Of a stretch of 64,000 nucleotides of DNA, positions 37,267 to 48,400 are shown piece by piece (the first letter of the stretch is position 1; every line of letters begins with the position of its first letter). The stretch covers positions 1 through 64,000 of the forward strand of contig JAVECL010000010.1 of assembly GCA_051942245.1 (NCBI GenBank), given 5' to 3'. This DNA is from Trypethelium eluteriae. Its lineage: Eukaryota. The translations under genes were made by a program, and so were the position numbers. Below the pieces are notes generated by a model. That model had not been told where the DNA came from and did not search any database. It was given only the letters and a program-made list of their open reading frames with translations.

Positions 37267-40200
37267 TATTATTAAGAAGTCTTAATATATTTTTAATATC
37301 CAAGCCTAAAAGAATAGCAAATTACTTAATACAGGCTAATATAGCTTAAAAAAATAAATTATAATAATTGCTTTAATTTATATAAATGGGATGGCTTTAT
37401 TACCACATATTATTTACGCCTTAAAAATAAACAATATTAAATATAACTGGATTAATAATTTTAAGCCTAAAGAGCATATAAGCTACTTTAGTAGCTTATT
37501 AAACAGCTAAATAAATAATAAAATAGGCCTTCTTTAGCTCTAGGAGCTATTTTATTAACACACGCAAAAGAAGGCTAAAAATGGATAAAATTTATGTTTA
37601 TTTATTATTAATAATTATAATAGCTATTATAATATGCAGTTTATTAACCTAAGTAATAAATATAGTATTATATTAGTTATATTCCTGTCCTATTTAACTT
37701 ATAGGCTTTAATTATTGGATGTTAAATTCTTTTATCCACTTGTACATTATTACTTAAAAAAATTGGATAAGTTTTTTAATAACTTATAACATATTAATAA
37801 TTTAAGTAAATATAACTTTTTTAACCTCTTTTAGCCTGCATTTAAGTATGCAATAATCCTAAAGAATATACTTAATAAATAGGAGGCTGTAAGGCTTTAA
37901 CTGTTTAATCCTAAGCGCGTGTTAGGCATACTGCGGCAATTATTATTTTTAGAACTAAAAAATAATTTAATAAAGCTTATACTTTAAATTCCCCTTAATT
38001 TATTTAAGCTATAATAAGCTATTATTTAAATTAAGAATTTGGTAATAAAAAAGCTCCTCCAATCTCTTAATATTACTTAAGTAAAGAATAGCCTTTTTTA
38101 TGCTAAAAATAAGGGTCTTTAGCAAGCTTTAATTAAAAAAAACACTAAACAGTTAAATAAAAAGGTATTTATTAATAATAAGCTTAGTAAGGCTTAAATT
38201 TTAACCCCCATAAAGGTTTAATTATTTCATAATAAATAAAAGCGTTTAAATAAGGAAGAAGCACAGCAAAAACAGCAGAAAGCAGCTTAAAAAAAGCAGC
38301 TATAATTAAATAGGCAGATTAAAAAGCAGGAGAAGCAGCAGTAAAAGCAACAGCGCAAAAAAGCTTGAATTCAGCAACAGCAGGCTTAAACTAAAAAAGT
38401 TCAGATTTAGCAGGACTTTTTTTAGAGCGAAATAAGCAGCTCAACAGCTTCAAAATAAATCAAAACACCATAAACAGAAGCAGACAAAAACACAGAAGGC
38501 TTCAAAACAGCCTAATTCAGAAGTTGCACCTGCAGAGGTAGAATCTCTAGTGGTTGAGGTAGTTTCTCATATTTCGCGCTCTCAGCGCGAAATTCGCCTA
38601 CCACAACGGTTTATGGAGTAAATTAAATAGCGCATTCAATTTGTCTAGTTCTCTACTATCTATCTATCTAATTATCTAGTTTATTGAGCAGTTCATTGTT
38701 GAATTATAGCCTTATGAAGCTGTGGAGATGAAACGCGTCCCACCGTGCACGGAGGTGGATCGTGCACGGAGTGGTGCGGACTTCTATAGCAGCAAAGTTA
38801 GAATAACATTGTGTAGATTACCTGTTGAGAAACCCCCCTTCCGCTGTAAGGTACTCTGCACTGTCTGCAGGTAGAAAAGCCCGGCGGGGCACCCGCTTTT
38901 TTTTGCTGCCCAACATCTCTAGAGTAACTGCGGGCCCCGATAGAATCGTTTAAAGAGAATAATTGAGACGCCTTCTGGTATATTCGAGCGCTCAAAGAAA
39001 CGCTCGAAGCAATGCTCAGAGGAGTTCGACTTTTCTAGAAAGCTGAGACCCAAGGAAATTAATGAAGTCAATCCAAATCGATTAAATCTACCTTTTTTTA
39101 GAGAGTGCAAGGCAATGCAAATCTGTTCAAGAACCAGATTTTTTTTTGTCCGTGCACAGCCAACACCCAGGTATTATCCATGCACCTTCATTCAGGGAAG
39201 GATCAGGGCTAGGAGTTTCTGCCATGACTTCGAGCACATACAGCAGGAAGGTTCGTCCGATAGCTAGCGTAACAGAGCTCCAGATCCAGAAAGACGCAGA
39301 ATCATCCATAAACCATGGAGTTGAAAGAGAAGCTGATTTGTGAATGTACGCTGGGAAGATCTGCAGACATTTTGTTTGGCTAGAGGATTTCCAAGTAGCG
39401 TCAGTTTAGCCAGCAGACTCGCCTAATTGCTACAGCTACAAGCCATCCACCAAACCCGGTCAAGGACTGGAGGCGAAATTCCTACATCGAACGTCTGGTG
39501 GATTTGTGAGCGATTGTTTAGTGCAATTGTCAAGTGGCAAGCGGCATGGCACAGCCTATCCGCAAGCGGTCCAACGGAAGCACCCTCACATGAGAAACAA
39601 TTCCATCCAAGTCTGCTCCTGCTTCCGGACCCCAGCTGGTAATGCTCTTGCTAGAAATTGAGCAGGCAGCTTGGGGAAGTCAACGTGTTGCGAGTCTTCC
39701 AAGGTGAAATCGTGAGCGGTATCTTCAAAGTCGGAAAGAGCCTTAAAACGTTCTCGACGTTCAATACGACAGGCTTGTCGATGCTACCATGATTGGTTGT
39801 AAATAGTCTGTATCCGACACAGAAAATCACATATAAATTGAAAACCTCGAATTTGGAAAGCATGAGCTGATGTGCCTTTTCCGAAGTGCTACTGCCAAGG
39901 TTCTCCAAAGGAAAGAGTCATGATCCTACGCCGCACTTGTAACGGAAATGCCTTCTCCTGCCTTGATAACATAAAGCTTTGTAGAAAGTTAAAGGCAGGT
40001 ACTCGTCACGATGTAGGTCGAGGCTACTGGCTACTGCAGGTGCGGACCTTTTGCAATGAGCGCAGCTCCCTCTTGATCAGATCACCATGTCGCCGCTGCC
40101 AACATGGTCAGCCATCAGACATCGCCAAGCTGCTTCCAGCCAAGTGGTACTTTCTCGACCTAGATTGTTATGTAAATAGAATCGCCTACTCCTTCATCTT

Positions 40201-40685
40201 TGACTGGAGTTAGCTGGCCAAAGTTATTCACTTCTCATCAGGCAGGACTCAAGCAGCGTAGAGCTTTACGTGCTGACTTTCTGTCTTTGTGGAAGTGTAT
40301 TACCTAGCCACTGCCGTCTTATGACTTATAACAAAAGCAGTGCGGGAATGTCGCTGCTATCAAAAGCTCCATGTAGGCAATGACCTCCTCTGTGTCCTGA
40401 CTGCAAGTCAGTCACGCTCCAGCGATTGTTGAACATAAAAGCCGTCCGCCGTCTGTCTCTGTTCTTCTCTCTTCTCTTCTGATACCAACTACACAACGCT
40501 TCCGCGATAATGCCCTCGACTTCATCCCATCCAGTCCGATCTCTTCCCTTGATTTCTGTCTTTGAACCTGCCAACTTTTTGACTTTTGAGTTGCTTCCCT
40601 TCTCCTTTAGTCGATGGCTACCGACGAATTCTTGTAACCAACCCACTTGATCGAGTCTCGTGTGCTTTTTTGGTCCCTACCTTGA

Positions 40686-41320
40686 GACCTCAGAAGATCT
40701 TGATAGCTCACCCTTGAGTTTGCTCCTCATCATCGATCTTCAAAGCAAGTCATCCATATCAATCAACACATCGTATCAAATCTGAGCGCTATAGTGCAGT
40801 GATGAAGAAACTCTTGTAGGTGATGCTCAGCCTCGGCTGACTTTGCTCAGGACCTCAGAAATTGATAGGCCCTTTTCGTGCCTCTTCCTCGTCATCGGGC
40901 TTTCAAGGCAAGTGATCCATATCAATCAACACATCGTATCAACTCTGAGCACTATGGCGCAGTGATGAAGAAGCACTTGTAGGTGATGCTCAGCCTCGGC
41001 TGACTTTGCCCAGGACCTCAGAAATCGACAGGCCCTTTTTGTGCCTCTTCCTCGTCATCGATCTTTCAAGGCAAGTGATCCAATGACCCTGTGGTAAGTC
41101 TGAGCACTATAGTGCAGCGATGAAGACCGTCTAGGTGATGCTCAGCCTCGGCTGACTCTTTGCCAAGACCTCAGCAATCGATAGCCCCTTTTTGAGCTGC
41201 TCACTCATCATCGATCTTTCAAGGTAAGTCATTCACACAAATATTTCCGTTCACCTCTGAGTGTCGCGGCACGATGATAAGAGACAGTCCGTGATGCTCA
41301 GCTTCGGCCGACCTTTTGTT
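40686..41320. repeat. Four-copy tandem repeat, unit 153-165 bp
   Basis: GACCTCAG unit starts at 40686, 40851, 41014 and 41167. Shared blocks TCATCG..CTT, TCTGAG and GTGATGCTCAGCYTCGGCYGAC. Confidence 0.92.
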
Positions 41321-41349
41321 CCCCCTAAACACTTAGGCTTTCAGAACGA

Positions 41350-42485
41350 GCCTTGTCCAACAGTGCCGGACAATCGATGAGCTCGAGCTCATTTGAACCA
41401 AGTGGATGCAATTGGAGGATTGATGCAAATCTTGTTCATTTCGATTGGTTAGCTGAGGTGTTCAGGAGGCGTTCAAAGAAGCCCGGGACGTGGCTGAAGA
41501 GCCCCCTCTTTTTGATCTCTTACTGTTGCAATGTGAAAGAAAATAGCCCGGCTAGCTGCGCGCAGGGAATATGGTGGAGACGGTGGATGTGGACTTGGCG
41601 CTTTTCCATTTTCTGTTGGCCCATGGACGACAGGTGACGTCCTCATGATCCCATTCTCGATAACATGCTCCGAAATTGTATCCTACAGGTGCTTGCGCAC
41701 AAGACAAATCTCCCGGAAGCCAGTCCACAGCATATGTCTGTTTTGGCGTCCGTCGCAAGATCTTGGCGAATGACATTAAATAGTGTTTGATTCTGTTGAG
41801 TGAGACGCGAGAGACAAATGAAATTTTTGCAGGCCTTCTCTGTGGTGTCCGCTCTCATGCTGGACAGTTATTCCATGGGGCTTCAAGAAGGCGGTATTGA
41901 AAACGCGCTCAACTGGGTCTGGATCTTGCGTACTTCTTCAAGGTAAAGTTCAACGTCCAAAGGATCAGCAATCACATCGTCTAGGTGATCTGAATACTCA
42001 ACCGCATCAAAAAAGATGGCCAGGTGCCTAAGTAAAGAGTTTATGACACTGGTAAGTGGTGCAGCAGACCACTCGCACCAAGTACTCTAGCTAGTAATAT
42101 TCGGACTGGTCGTTCGTTAGGATCGAGAATTGACAGCGGTGACGGTTTTTCAGAAACCGGACGTAGTTCCACTTGAAGGAGCTTTCTAGCACAATATGCA
42201 GATACCCTCCAGCCGCCGTAAGATAGGCATCTTGGAAAGTCAAGGCGTTGAGCTGAGGTTCCGAAAGCCACGCTCTAAACTCGGCTCGGTGGAGGCCAGA
42301 AGGAGGAGTGCGGTCATGGTGCGCGGTTGCCGTCACCTTGCCGGAGTGGAGCGGCAAGGTCCTCCGCCCAAACTCCGAAAACCTCGAAACCGACTCCTCC
42401 TCTTTAGGATTTCTGGTGGGAGAGAAGAGAAGCCTCTCTTTCGCAGATTCAATAGATTGGAGTTTTTGTTGAGATCATCGCCCAT
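41350..42485 (-). pseudogene. Possible decayed gene with F-box-like start
   Basis: Fragments with protein-like composition in different frames (GFSSLPPEIL; LLRHLAIFFDAVEYSDHLDDVIADPLDVELYLEEVRKIQ), broken by stops. Confidence 0.3.
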
Positions 42486-43857
42486 TCTGTGCCTCAATGA
42501 ATAGCAGCTACAGGTATCGCACAAACTCTCACCATGTCCAAGGCTCTCACCATTTCCGATTTAGCTGTCGGCTGGATATGTCTGTTTAGAAGACGTCATT
42601 GACATTGCATTTGACAACCCTTCAGGTGTCGAACCCACTCGGACGAACCACTCGACAGAACTTGGTAGATGTGCCAGTCTGCTGCAATGAACACACTTCA
42701 TCGGGAAGTCCCTTGTGAACGCTAGGTCCCCCGTGCATCCCAAGTGGGTGTGGCGCAACCAAGCTACAGAGTAGCCAACATGACTGTCATGCCTGTTGAT
42801 TGTCCTAACCATGGATAATGGTGACAATAGGCATTCACAGAATATCTGTGAAAGAGGTTCAAAGATATTTCCAGGCGAAGGGACGGGAGACTTACTAATT
42901 AAAGCTCAGGGGGGCTTTATCTACCCGGGAGATACCTTAGGTACCTAAGGTATGCCACAAGAGCCGCTCGTGAGCTCGAGGCAACTGATCCACGATTTTC
43001 GACTCATCAGGCCTTAGTGGCACAAGTCTGGGTCAAGAGAGAGGACAGCCCAATGCTCGGGCAAACGGAAGTGGCTTAGGGCTTCCCTGAGATATGTGAG
43101 TCGTGTTAGCGACCACAAATTCGGGCTCCCTACTATTGTAGCGCTTCGTTGATGGAATCGACAATCACGGCGTGACATTTAACCTAATTTTCCTGAGGGT
43201 AGCAGAGATAAAGGAATACCCCATTCGATCCCTCATGGTGCATCCTTCATTGGCCGTTGCGGCGCTCGGCTTATGGGACAGGCATCTGCGTCTGAGATCC
43301 CTATGCCAGCTCAGCAAAGCTATTCCCTTAGGTACCTACGAACTCCTCATTTTACCATGACTTCCTACGCCTGTTTAGTTCCATGCTAATTATGTAGAGA
43401 TTTTATAGTTCAAATTGCTGAGACGAAGCAGAATTTCTACCTCTATCGCCCAGAAGCGAATAAGTGGTGGCGCCGTATCGCATCTTCCACTGGACTTCGA
43501 ACGTACTTGTGGACCTGGCTCAGGCTTGGTCATGTTAGCGAGCGGGGCAGAAACACATTTGGAGTATCTTTATGGTAGATCATAGTCTTCGGCTGGATCA
43601 AAATTTTACTCAGCTCCATGATAGTCGTACCCTCCTACCTTATCAACTCTATGACTATGTTTTGGGAGCAAGAGATCGGATGACATGGATAGACTTCGGA
43701 GAAGTTGATGCCTCGCGAAAAGTCTGTTTCTGAGGATTTGACTGAAGACTTTCGTCGATTGCCAAGACCAACCATCACCTAACCGCACATTTTTCTAAAA
43801 CTAGCAGGGACTCCCTTCTCCTTCGAAGACACGAGGCGGTACTCGTACTCACACAGC

Positions 43858-44670
43858 ATGGCAACCTATACAAATTCGGTGGAGACTAATCAGGGAGCTT
43901 CCACGACCGTAAGCGCGTTGGCAATCATAGATCCCAGCAGTTTTATTGATCAGTACGTCGAGATCCAAGAGCATAGATGAGTTGTTAGACTCACCGGTTC
44001 CCGTAGATTATCTATTGACCAAGTCCTCCAAACCACCTTACCTTCGTGGCTCACTGAGTTAGCAACTAGCAACCTGGCACTAGCGTCTAGTGAGGTGGTC
44101 GCCGAGTTCGCCAATGGAGCAACCCCTGGTTGGTTTGCGAGCCTTCCAAGCGGCGCTCAAACCTACCTCAGACCTCCGCCTGGCTCGAACAATACAGCAC
44201 CAGCCATACTGGGCATAATTTTCAGAGGCATCAACTCATTCACAACCTCCTCATCCAATACGACCGCGGCTTCTTCCTCACACATCATACCTATGCCCAG
44301 CCCCGCAACTTTTACTCCATCAGCGACCCTGACGTCGACGCCCACGTCCGGACCGACTCCGACTCAGAAAGGATCCATCGTCGGGGGAGTAGTCGGAGGC
44401 ATTACCGGCCTCTTGCTGGTTCTACTAGGATGGTTCCTCTACAGGCGGCGACAGAGAGCACGGGAAACTAAAGGGCTCGAACATGGAAAGATAGGACCAG
44501 TATAACTCGAGGAAAATTCGAGAATGGAGATGGAGGCAAGAGAGCGGATACAGGAGGCTCAAGGAAGCGAGCCGCTGGTTGAGCTCGAAGGCACTTCGAG
44601 GCCGGGAGAGCTAAACGCGGATTCGGAGATACCTGCGTACAGGATGCATGAACGAGGCGGAAGTCAGTAA
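43858..44670 (+). pseudogene. Single-pass membrane protein (PxWFxxLPS motif, S/T stalk, Mid2-like TM) with premature TAA at 44503-44505
   Basis: ATG 43858, one intron (GTAAGC...TAG), TPGWFASLPSGAQTYL, S/T/P stalk, GSIVGGVVGGITGLLLVLLGWFLYRRR. The frame stays open for 55 codons after the TAA (PV*LEENSRMEME...VELEG). Confidence 0.65.
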
Positions 44671-46631
44671 GCACGTGAGTGCAGCTGAGACTTTAGTGGT
44701 CACCACATTTGCCCTCGTTACTAGGGATCAGAAAAGTCGTAGAAATGGAAATTTCCTCAACGGTCGCGCCGGCAGCAAGAACTCTCACTGGGCTTGGAAT
44801 GATATCGCAATGATGACGCAAGGTACGGATGCCGGAGAATGACCAATGGACATGTATGCTGTCTCGATTGAAACCAAATTGAGCTTCCACTGATGTTGGG
44901 AATAATATCTCTCAACGCATCTGCGAATCGAAATGGTTAGGAATAGCGGGAGAGCGATTGTGCCAGCGAAGATGAAGTACCTAATAAAGTGTGGAAGAGG
45001 AAATCGGGGAGCGTGCGTTTGCTGCTTGACCTTGATATGGTAGACTTGACTAGAATGTCAGTTTTGGGTCTAGAACGACCTCCAAGACCAGTTCTATGCG
45101 TGCATGCTACGAGTATCGATATTGTCCCTCGAATCTCGATGCTTGGTCTCCCAATGAGCAGCAGGCAGGATGGGATGGGGAGAAGCTGCCGGGAATGGAC
45201 TGGCCTGCTTACCTTATACGGTATGCCTGAAGGAGTTAGAGTAGGTACTTTAGGCTTGATGCGGGCTCTTCAAATTCGGCGATGCCCTTCAACTTCCGCA
45301 ACCCTGAAACCAAACTCCCCGTCTGCAGCAGTCTCAATCCATGTAAGCAGAGCATCAAGCTGGTGAACATTTGCGTTACCTCGCAGTGCTATCTAGCCTG
45401 AGGATGCAGGTACAGATTTGTCGTCAATCTTGGCAAGCCAGGTGTTGGCCCAGGATAGTATCGTAGCAGCCCTTTGCTGATCAGACTGTGCCGCAATCCT
45501 GTCGTCGAAGTAGATCCAACCATTCCCATCTGTCCTGCCACCAGGAGCTCATTTATATAGCATATTGATATGAGGAAAAATTACCACGTGTTTTCTACAT
45601 TTCAATCCAGCCATCGCAGCACTTATCGATCGTTTTACGAGCGCCGTGGTGCCGTCAACTTCGCGAGCATTCAAACCATGTTTCCCCAGCATGATATTAC
45701 ATTGTATCATGACAACAGACCGATCCGTGCCGCAGCTACAAAGGATCCCCAGGATCTCGCAGTTTGGGGCTCATCAGCGGCAGAGCAGTTTCTGTCATGT
45801 CGTCAGAGGCCACCATAGTCGTTGTCCCCGGTCTTAAATATGGTAGGTGCATCGAATTTCCTCCCGTCTGACGCAACTCCAAGCTGTAGGACAAAAGGAC
45901 ATTGTCGATGAAACTCGTCTCTCCTACATTGATTTTCAAGATCACTGGAAACATTGCTGGATATCTCCGTACCGTTATGTTCGAAAATGCAGATCATACA
46001 GCATACTCTAGCAATACTTGAGAGTGAATGATTTTTCTTTGCGAATTTGCCTTTCTTGGCTTTGAAGTCTCATCCAAATGGCAAGCGAAACGATAACGAC
46101 TTCATCGCCGATCGACTTCAATTTTGGCACAAGCACCTCCACCTCTTGGACGAGGTACAGGACCGTGGTACCTTTTAATACGTGCGTCGAGTTTATTCAG
46201 TGCAACCTGATTCGAAATACTGCTTTGGCCATCATTACTGACATTGCGCTAGGTATTCAGCAGATTCTGTCATTGCCAATGCGCTCCCTGGCACGCTTTG
46301 GTCTCTGGAGCTTACCAATACGGCGTCCTTTGACTCAGTAATTGCTTCTGAGGTCGTCAACCAAGGCTCCTGCACCTCAATCCGCAGCCTGCAGAACCCA
46401 GACACGTACCATCTATTGGTGGGACGGAATGGTCTTTTTCAAGGTGGATTTCCTCGAGAAGGAAGATAGTAACTCTTTCGGCCTGGAAAGGTGAAACTTA
46501 ATGGGTCCTTTTTTGTGGAAGCGGCCAAAGTTACCAGTCGAGTCCTCACCATTGTAGGGATATTCTGACACAACATGCCGCTCTCCCACCATTCATCCAA
46601 ATTACCTCCATCATCTCTTACAGTCCACAAC

Positions 46632-47135
46632 ATGGCGTCCTTTCTGGATCTACCAGCAGAAATTCGCAATCAAATCTATGACTTGTCCCTACTATTTGAT
46701 TGCGAATACCGTATCGATGAGCGTGACTTCCGAGAGCTAGTCCCTACGGGATCTCTTCTGGCCGTTCAAAAAGATCGGACACTTCTGCGGACCTGCAGGC
46801 AAGTCCGCGCGGAAACTCTTGCTATGTATTACAGCAGAATCACCTTCTCGTTCACCGACGGCCCCATCTCGCTTAACATGGTTAAGCGTTTCCTCGCAGC
46901 CATTGGACCAGATGCGAGGGCTAATCTATGGCAACTGAAGTTCCACGGATTTTGTAGTTGTATCGTCTGCAGAGTGTGGGGTGGCTTCAAGTGGTCTTTC
47001 ACCAAGCTTGTTGTCGTCAAACCCAATCAATATGGGGGGATTCCATGGCATCTTCAAGGCGAAGCTAATGAGTTTCGGGAGGAGTGTCGACTGAAATTCT
47101 TGACTCCGCTGATGGGATGGAGTGTCAAAGCTTGA
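46632..47135 (+). CDS. Fungal F-box-like protein (LPAEIRNxIY ... LLRTCRQ family)
   Basis: MASFLDLPAEIRNQIY, LLRTCRQVRAETLAMYY..TFSF, RFLAAIG motifs. Confidence 0.75.
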   Translation: MASFLDLPAEIRNQIYDLSLLFDCEYRIDERDFRELVPTGSLLAVQKDRTLLRTCRQVRAETLAMYYSRITFSFTDGPISLNMVKRFLAAIGPDARANLWQLKFHGFCSCIVCRVWGGFKWSFTKLVVVKPNQYGGIPWHLQGEANEFREECRLKFLTPLMGWSVKA

Positions 47136-47312
47136 AGAAGAGTGAGCCTGGGTCTGCGTTGTCAGGGGAAATCATTACGTTTGACCTTATCGAAAATGAA
47201 CCGAAAGGGAAATACAGAAGGAAATTCATCATGTGTATATGTGCAAATCGTCTGCGCAGAGGCCGGACTTGGTCGTTCTTTGCCAAGCTTCCTTCTTCCC
47301 TCCTCTTTTGGT

Positions 47313-47930
47313 TCAATCCGGTTTGGAGCGACTATGACTTTCGCCTGCACTAGGCTCTGAGCCTGTCTCTGTCGCCGGCTGCTCTCTTCCATCCAACTCA
47401 CTGATTACCATTGGGGTAGGAAGTTTCGCCAGATTCGTCGCGGTCGCCGGCTCGAACCTTGACTCGTTGGCCTCAAGCTCCACACTCCCTACACTTTTGG
47501 GGGCTTCTTCTGTTTCCTTCTCCTGACTTAATATACCTTGTTCTACACTCGACGGTTCATATGCGCCCTTCTTGCCTTGCCATGTACGTCGCCAGCGGCG
47601 CAGAAGATACGCACCCAGGCCGACTATCAGTGCAGTGCCACTGATTGCTCCAGCAATGCTCCCACCGAGTACTCCGGCGTTCGTCGAAGAGCCGCCTGTT
47701 GAGGTTGATACGGGCGCTGGGGCCGGCGCTTGGGTTGTCGCTGCAGTTGGGTGGGAGGTTGGTGTTATAGTCGTGCTGACGGACTTGGTTACGCGAGGTA
47801 CAGATATGGAAATTGCGGTAACGGGATGACTGGATGGCGGCGTGACGAAGATGCTTGGTGTACCGTACAAGAAGAAACTTTGGACATCGCTGGGCATATT
47901 TCTGAACCAATCAGGTGTCGGGCCCGTCAC
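47313..47930 (-). CDS. Single-pass membrane protein, likely paralog of 43858-44670; first exon not located
   Basis: Acceptor TTTTCTATCCAG at 47931; TPDWFRNMPSDVQSFF, S/T stalk, GVLGGSIAGAISGTALIVGLGAYLLRRWRR, VELEA and SELDG motifs in the tail. Confidence 0.7.
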   Translation of the reverse strand: MTGPTPDWFRNMPSDVQSFFLYGTPSIFVTPPSSHPVTAISISVPRVTKSVSTTITPTSHPTAATTQAPAPAPVSTSTGGSSTNAGVLGGSIAGAISGTALIVGLGAYLLRRWRRTWQGKKGAYEPSSVEQGILSQEKETEEAPKSVGSVELEANESRFEPATATNLAKLPTPMVISELDGREQPATETGSEPSAGESHSRSKPD

Positions 47931-48104
47931 CTGGATAGAAAAACAAGCTCTGGCTCACTGCGCGGAGTTGTATGCGTTGAATACGAAAAGGCTCAAACCA
48001 GGCTTTATCAAGAGAAAAGCCCTCATTGCCTCACAACGCCCCGGAGTCCATCAAGGTCGCTGTCGAGTTTGCTGAAAGATGAAGATCATTGGATCTGCTT
48101 TGTA

Positions 48105-48285
48105 CCTTACGGCGGCTGGGGGGTGCCTCAACTGGTAATTAATACAATGTTATTTCGACCTCACTGTTATGACCTTGTTGGTCCATGTTAACACCGCTTA
48201 AACATGGACCAACATGGTTATAACAGTTAAACTGAGGTAACATTGTATTAAGTACCCGTTGAGGCACCCCCCAGCCGCCGTAAGG
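48105..48285. mobile_element. MITE family B, fold-back element, copy 2
   Basis: TA-flanked. CCTTACGGCGGCTGGGGGGTGCCTCAAC ... GTTGAGGCACCCCCCAGCCGCCGTAAGG (28 bp perfect TIR), with arms of ~85 bp around a short loop. Confidence 0.92.
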
Positions 48286-48400
48286 TAGTTAGTTCACTTT
48301 TCACCGACTCAGAGATTTCAGACGGCAGATTTTTCCTTTGTCATAGAGTGTAGAATTCAAGTCGAATCTGTCATCGGTGGATAAGCCGCAACGCGTCTCC

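Larger units (their letters stand above)
34285..38784 (+). mobile_element. pogo/Fot1-like DDE DNA transposon, RIP-degraded (outer element)
   Basis: Perfect 41 bp TIRs GAAGTCCGCACCACTCCGTGCACGATCCACCTCCGTGCACG with an internal direct repeat; TA on both sides. Relic transposase motif IYNMDKKGF at ~35375-35400. About 2.1 kb after removing the two insertions. Confidence 0.93.

Noticed and set aside
40686..41320. CRISPR-like array
   Set aside because: Eukaryotic context; the whole ~160 bp unit is repeated with no unique spacers, and there are no cas genes.
45270..45550. Protein-like minus-strand fragment (GWIYFDDRIAAQ...LLTWIETAADGEF) with an internal stop
   Set aside because: Too short and unassignable to call a pseudogene.
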